Of a stretch of 64,000 bases of DNA, positions 62,006 through 64,000 are shown piece after piece. The notes beneath the pieces were generated by a model. That model saw nothing but the letters and a program-made list of their open reading frames with translations, was not told the DNA's origin and did no database searches. The translations under genes and the position numbers were made by a program. This stretch comes from Pocillopora damicornis. Its lineage: Eukaryota. Positions within the stretch are counted from its first letter, which is position 1; the number at the start of each line of letters is the position of its first letter. The stretch spans positions 124,001-188,000 of the forward strand of contig NW_020847627.1 of NCBI RefSeq assembly GCF_003704095.1, in the 5' to 3' direction.

Positions 62006-62908
62006 TCAAACTCGAGTCTCTCTGACCCAGTTTTTACAAAACATGCGCCTCACTACTACTCTGAACTCGGGTATTTTCAGAGAATAAATGGCAGGATTTG
62101 CTAGTGAATTACCATAGTGAAGCAGCTTTGCAGAGAAAACAAGGTCTACAGGTATTCTCTCCAAAGCTGTGCTTGTAAAGTTCGCAATAATGTTCATGGC
62201 ATGAAAAGGAGTCCAACTTAAAACGAAAACAACCGTAACTATGTACAACGCGGTTGCTAAGCGTTTTTCCTGCTTGGAAACACACATATCCATTTTAGCC
62301 TTGTTCCATAGATGAACACGAACGGAAACGGTCACGTAGGCAGCAGAAATGACAAAAACAGACAGAACAGACAAAATTGTTAAATAATAGATGAAAGTTG
62401 CTCTAGGCAGAATGAAAAGAAGATTTCGAGAGCTTAAAATGTAAACAACAGACGCTATTCCTGATGTAACCCATACCATGGTTATAGCCTTGTAATAACC
62501 TGTCTTGGTTTTTTTCCAGCGGTATGTCATTGGGTAAAGTACGGCATAGAGTCTCTCGAGTGCGATACAAGCCAGTGTGAACACAGAAGCAAGACCAGTA
62601 AAGACGTCTACAACCACATAAGCCTCTTGGAAGAGCAAAAGACTTCTGTCGATTGACGAATAACTGAGGGCGTACACAATATAGATGTACATTGGCATAG
62701 CAGAAGAACCCACCATTAGATCAGCGACAGCCAAATTCATCAAAAAGTAGCCGCCGAATTTCCTTGGAAATTTCTTGTTTGAAAAAATTGCAATGGTAAG
62801 GCTGTTGCCAATGGTAATGAGTACTGCTACGATTCCGTATGATATACACCATGCAATGACGCGAAGATGTTTTGTGGGAAGAGAGTTCTCGGTTGTTGAA
62901 TTGTTCAT
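62006..62908 (-). CDS. Class A orphan GPCR 9, 300 aa, D3.32/K7.39 group; C-terminal PDZ ligand ETRV
   Basis: 7TM; IGN, NLAVADL, VDVFTGLASVFTLACIALERLYA, SWTP, KLLHYGNSLANPAIY; sequons NNS/NST; acceptor ttttcctttcag 60 nt before the ATG. Confidence 0.95.
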   Translation of the reverse strand: MNNSTTENSLPTKHLRVIAWCISYGIVAVLITIGNSLTIAIFSNKKFPRKFGGYFLMNLAVADLMVGSSAMPMYIYIVYALSYSSIDRSLLLFQEAYVVVDVFTGLASVFTLACIALERLYAVLYPMTYRWKKTKTGYYKAITMVWVTSGIASVVYILSSRNLLFILPRATFIYYLTILSVLSVFVISAAYVTVSVRVHLWNKAKMDMCVSKQEKRLATALYIVTVVFVLSWTPFHAMNIIANFTSTALERIPVDLVFSAKLLHYGNSLANPAIYSLKIPEFRVVVRRMFCKNWVRETRV

Positions 62909-64000
62909 GGCAGTTTCACTGTTGATGAATGGTTCATGTTAGTCTGTGGCTAAACCAGGGAGATTTTTCTGAAAGGAAAAAACATGATAAAATGATTTCA
63001 GTAATTCAGGGGCAGGCATTAATCGTTTAAAGATGAACATATTGATGAGTTAGGTGACAAACAAGAAGTGAGTCACGTTGGGTTACACGAAATCCCCAGC
63101 AAAGATGACTCGTTGTCGAAGTATTAACACGGTCGAATAGCGTTTGATCAAACTTGCGATGACTGAAAGAATATATATATATATATATATAATTACTCGT
63201 ACATTAGCGTTTTTTTTATAGAACTCTAAACTCTCTTGAAGTTGCCTTCGATATTCTTTTAAAGGGGGGGTCAATAGAGATAGTGGGGTATGCATCTTGC
63301 AGATAATATGATTTATCGAATGGTATAAACATTGATGAGGCATAGCTAAGATTTGATTTCATATAAACGTGCTCTGACTTGAATGAATCAAACTGGCATC
63401 AACGCTGTCGAAACATTCTCAAGGATCAAGATCAAAGTTGCCTTCAGGCTCAAGAATGCCATCCGAAAGATGGAAGTTTTCTTCGAAAGTGATCAAAAGA
63501 TTCTTTTAATTCAGAGTTCACCGTCGCTTCCATAACATAAGCTCAAGATACTGAATTTTAGGGCTTGATCACAGTGGTTTCTTAACATCAGTGGTATGGG
63601 AACTGCGAAGGAAACAAGAATACTGAGTGCTGTCAAACATTTTATTCATTTTCGACATATGTTAGAAGTAAATTTTCTAACACTCGTCGTTTGGTAAGTT
63701 AATTCTTCTTTATTCTCTTTCTTCACAAATTGATACAACGGGGACTAGCTGCTATCTGACAGGGAAAACTAGAGTCTCCGCATATAAAGGTGACACTACG
63801 GATGACGTTTCTAAGCCGTCAATCTTCTTGTGTCGTCATCGTACCATCTCAACTAGCGAATCACGCTTGACTACGTACTACAGTTCCCACATACTGAGTA
63901 TGCACCTTCGAGTTGTTCACGCAGTTACAAAATCAATTTCTACCTTAATTTTCATATCTTTACGGTTGAGATCGGCCAGAACAGAAACGAGATCGATAAT

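Noticed and set aside
7420-62908. Opsin or classical aminergic assignment for the receptors
   Set aside because: None has K7.43; the D3.32 members lack W7.40 and an evident C3.25-ECL2 disulfide.
8392-62968. Spliced-leader trans-splicing as the explanation for acceptors next to each ATG
   Set aside because: Plausible cis donors exist upstream of most genes and no SL RNA gene is visible; it cannot be supported from sequence alone.
63373-63420. Third hammerhead-like motif (CTCTGACTTGA...GTCGAAACATTC)
   Set aside because: No CUGANGA core and no consistent stems.

Overview
Eukaryotic, AT-rich genomic DNA, most likely from a stony coral or other anthozoan cnidarian. That assignment is inferred from the repeat families and gene types; no search was run. 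Positions 1-6032 (+) hold the last 14 exons of a cadherin-23-like (tip-link type) cadherin: terminal EC repeats, a membrane-adjacent (MAD/SEA-like) domain, one TM helix, a Tyr-rich tail and a C-terminal class I PDZ ligand (-VTKV). The remaining ~57 kb is a cluster of nine rhodopsin-class (class A) 7TM receptor genes in mixed orientation. Each 7TM body lies in a single exon that starts at a splice acceptor just upstream of the ATG. By pocket residues the receptors fall into two groups. Five carry D3.32 plus a basic TM7 residue and have glycosylated N-termini. Four have lost both and carry K3.36/Q7.45, with short unglycosylated N-termini and an ECL3 CxxC. One intact member lacks both E/DRY and NPxxY. 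Intergenic and intronic DNA carries Penelope-type repeats with hammerhead-ribozyme cores (one intact), Harbinger-like and TTAA MITEs, tRNA-derived SINEs, a 47-bp/94-bp higher-order minisatellite and several short tandem duplications. Most short ORFs in the supplied track are spurious.
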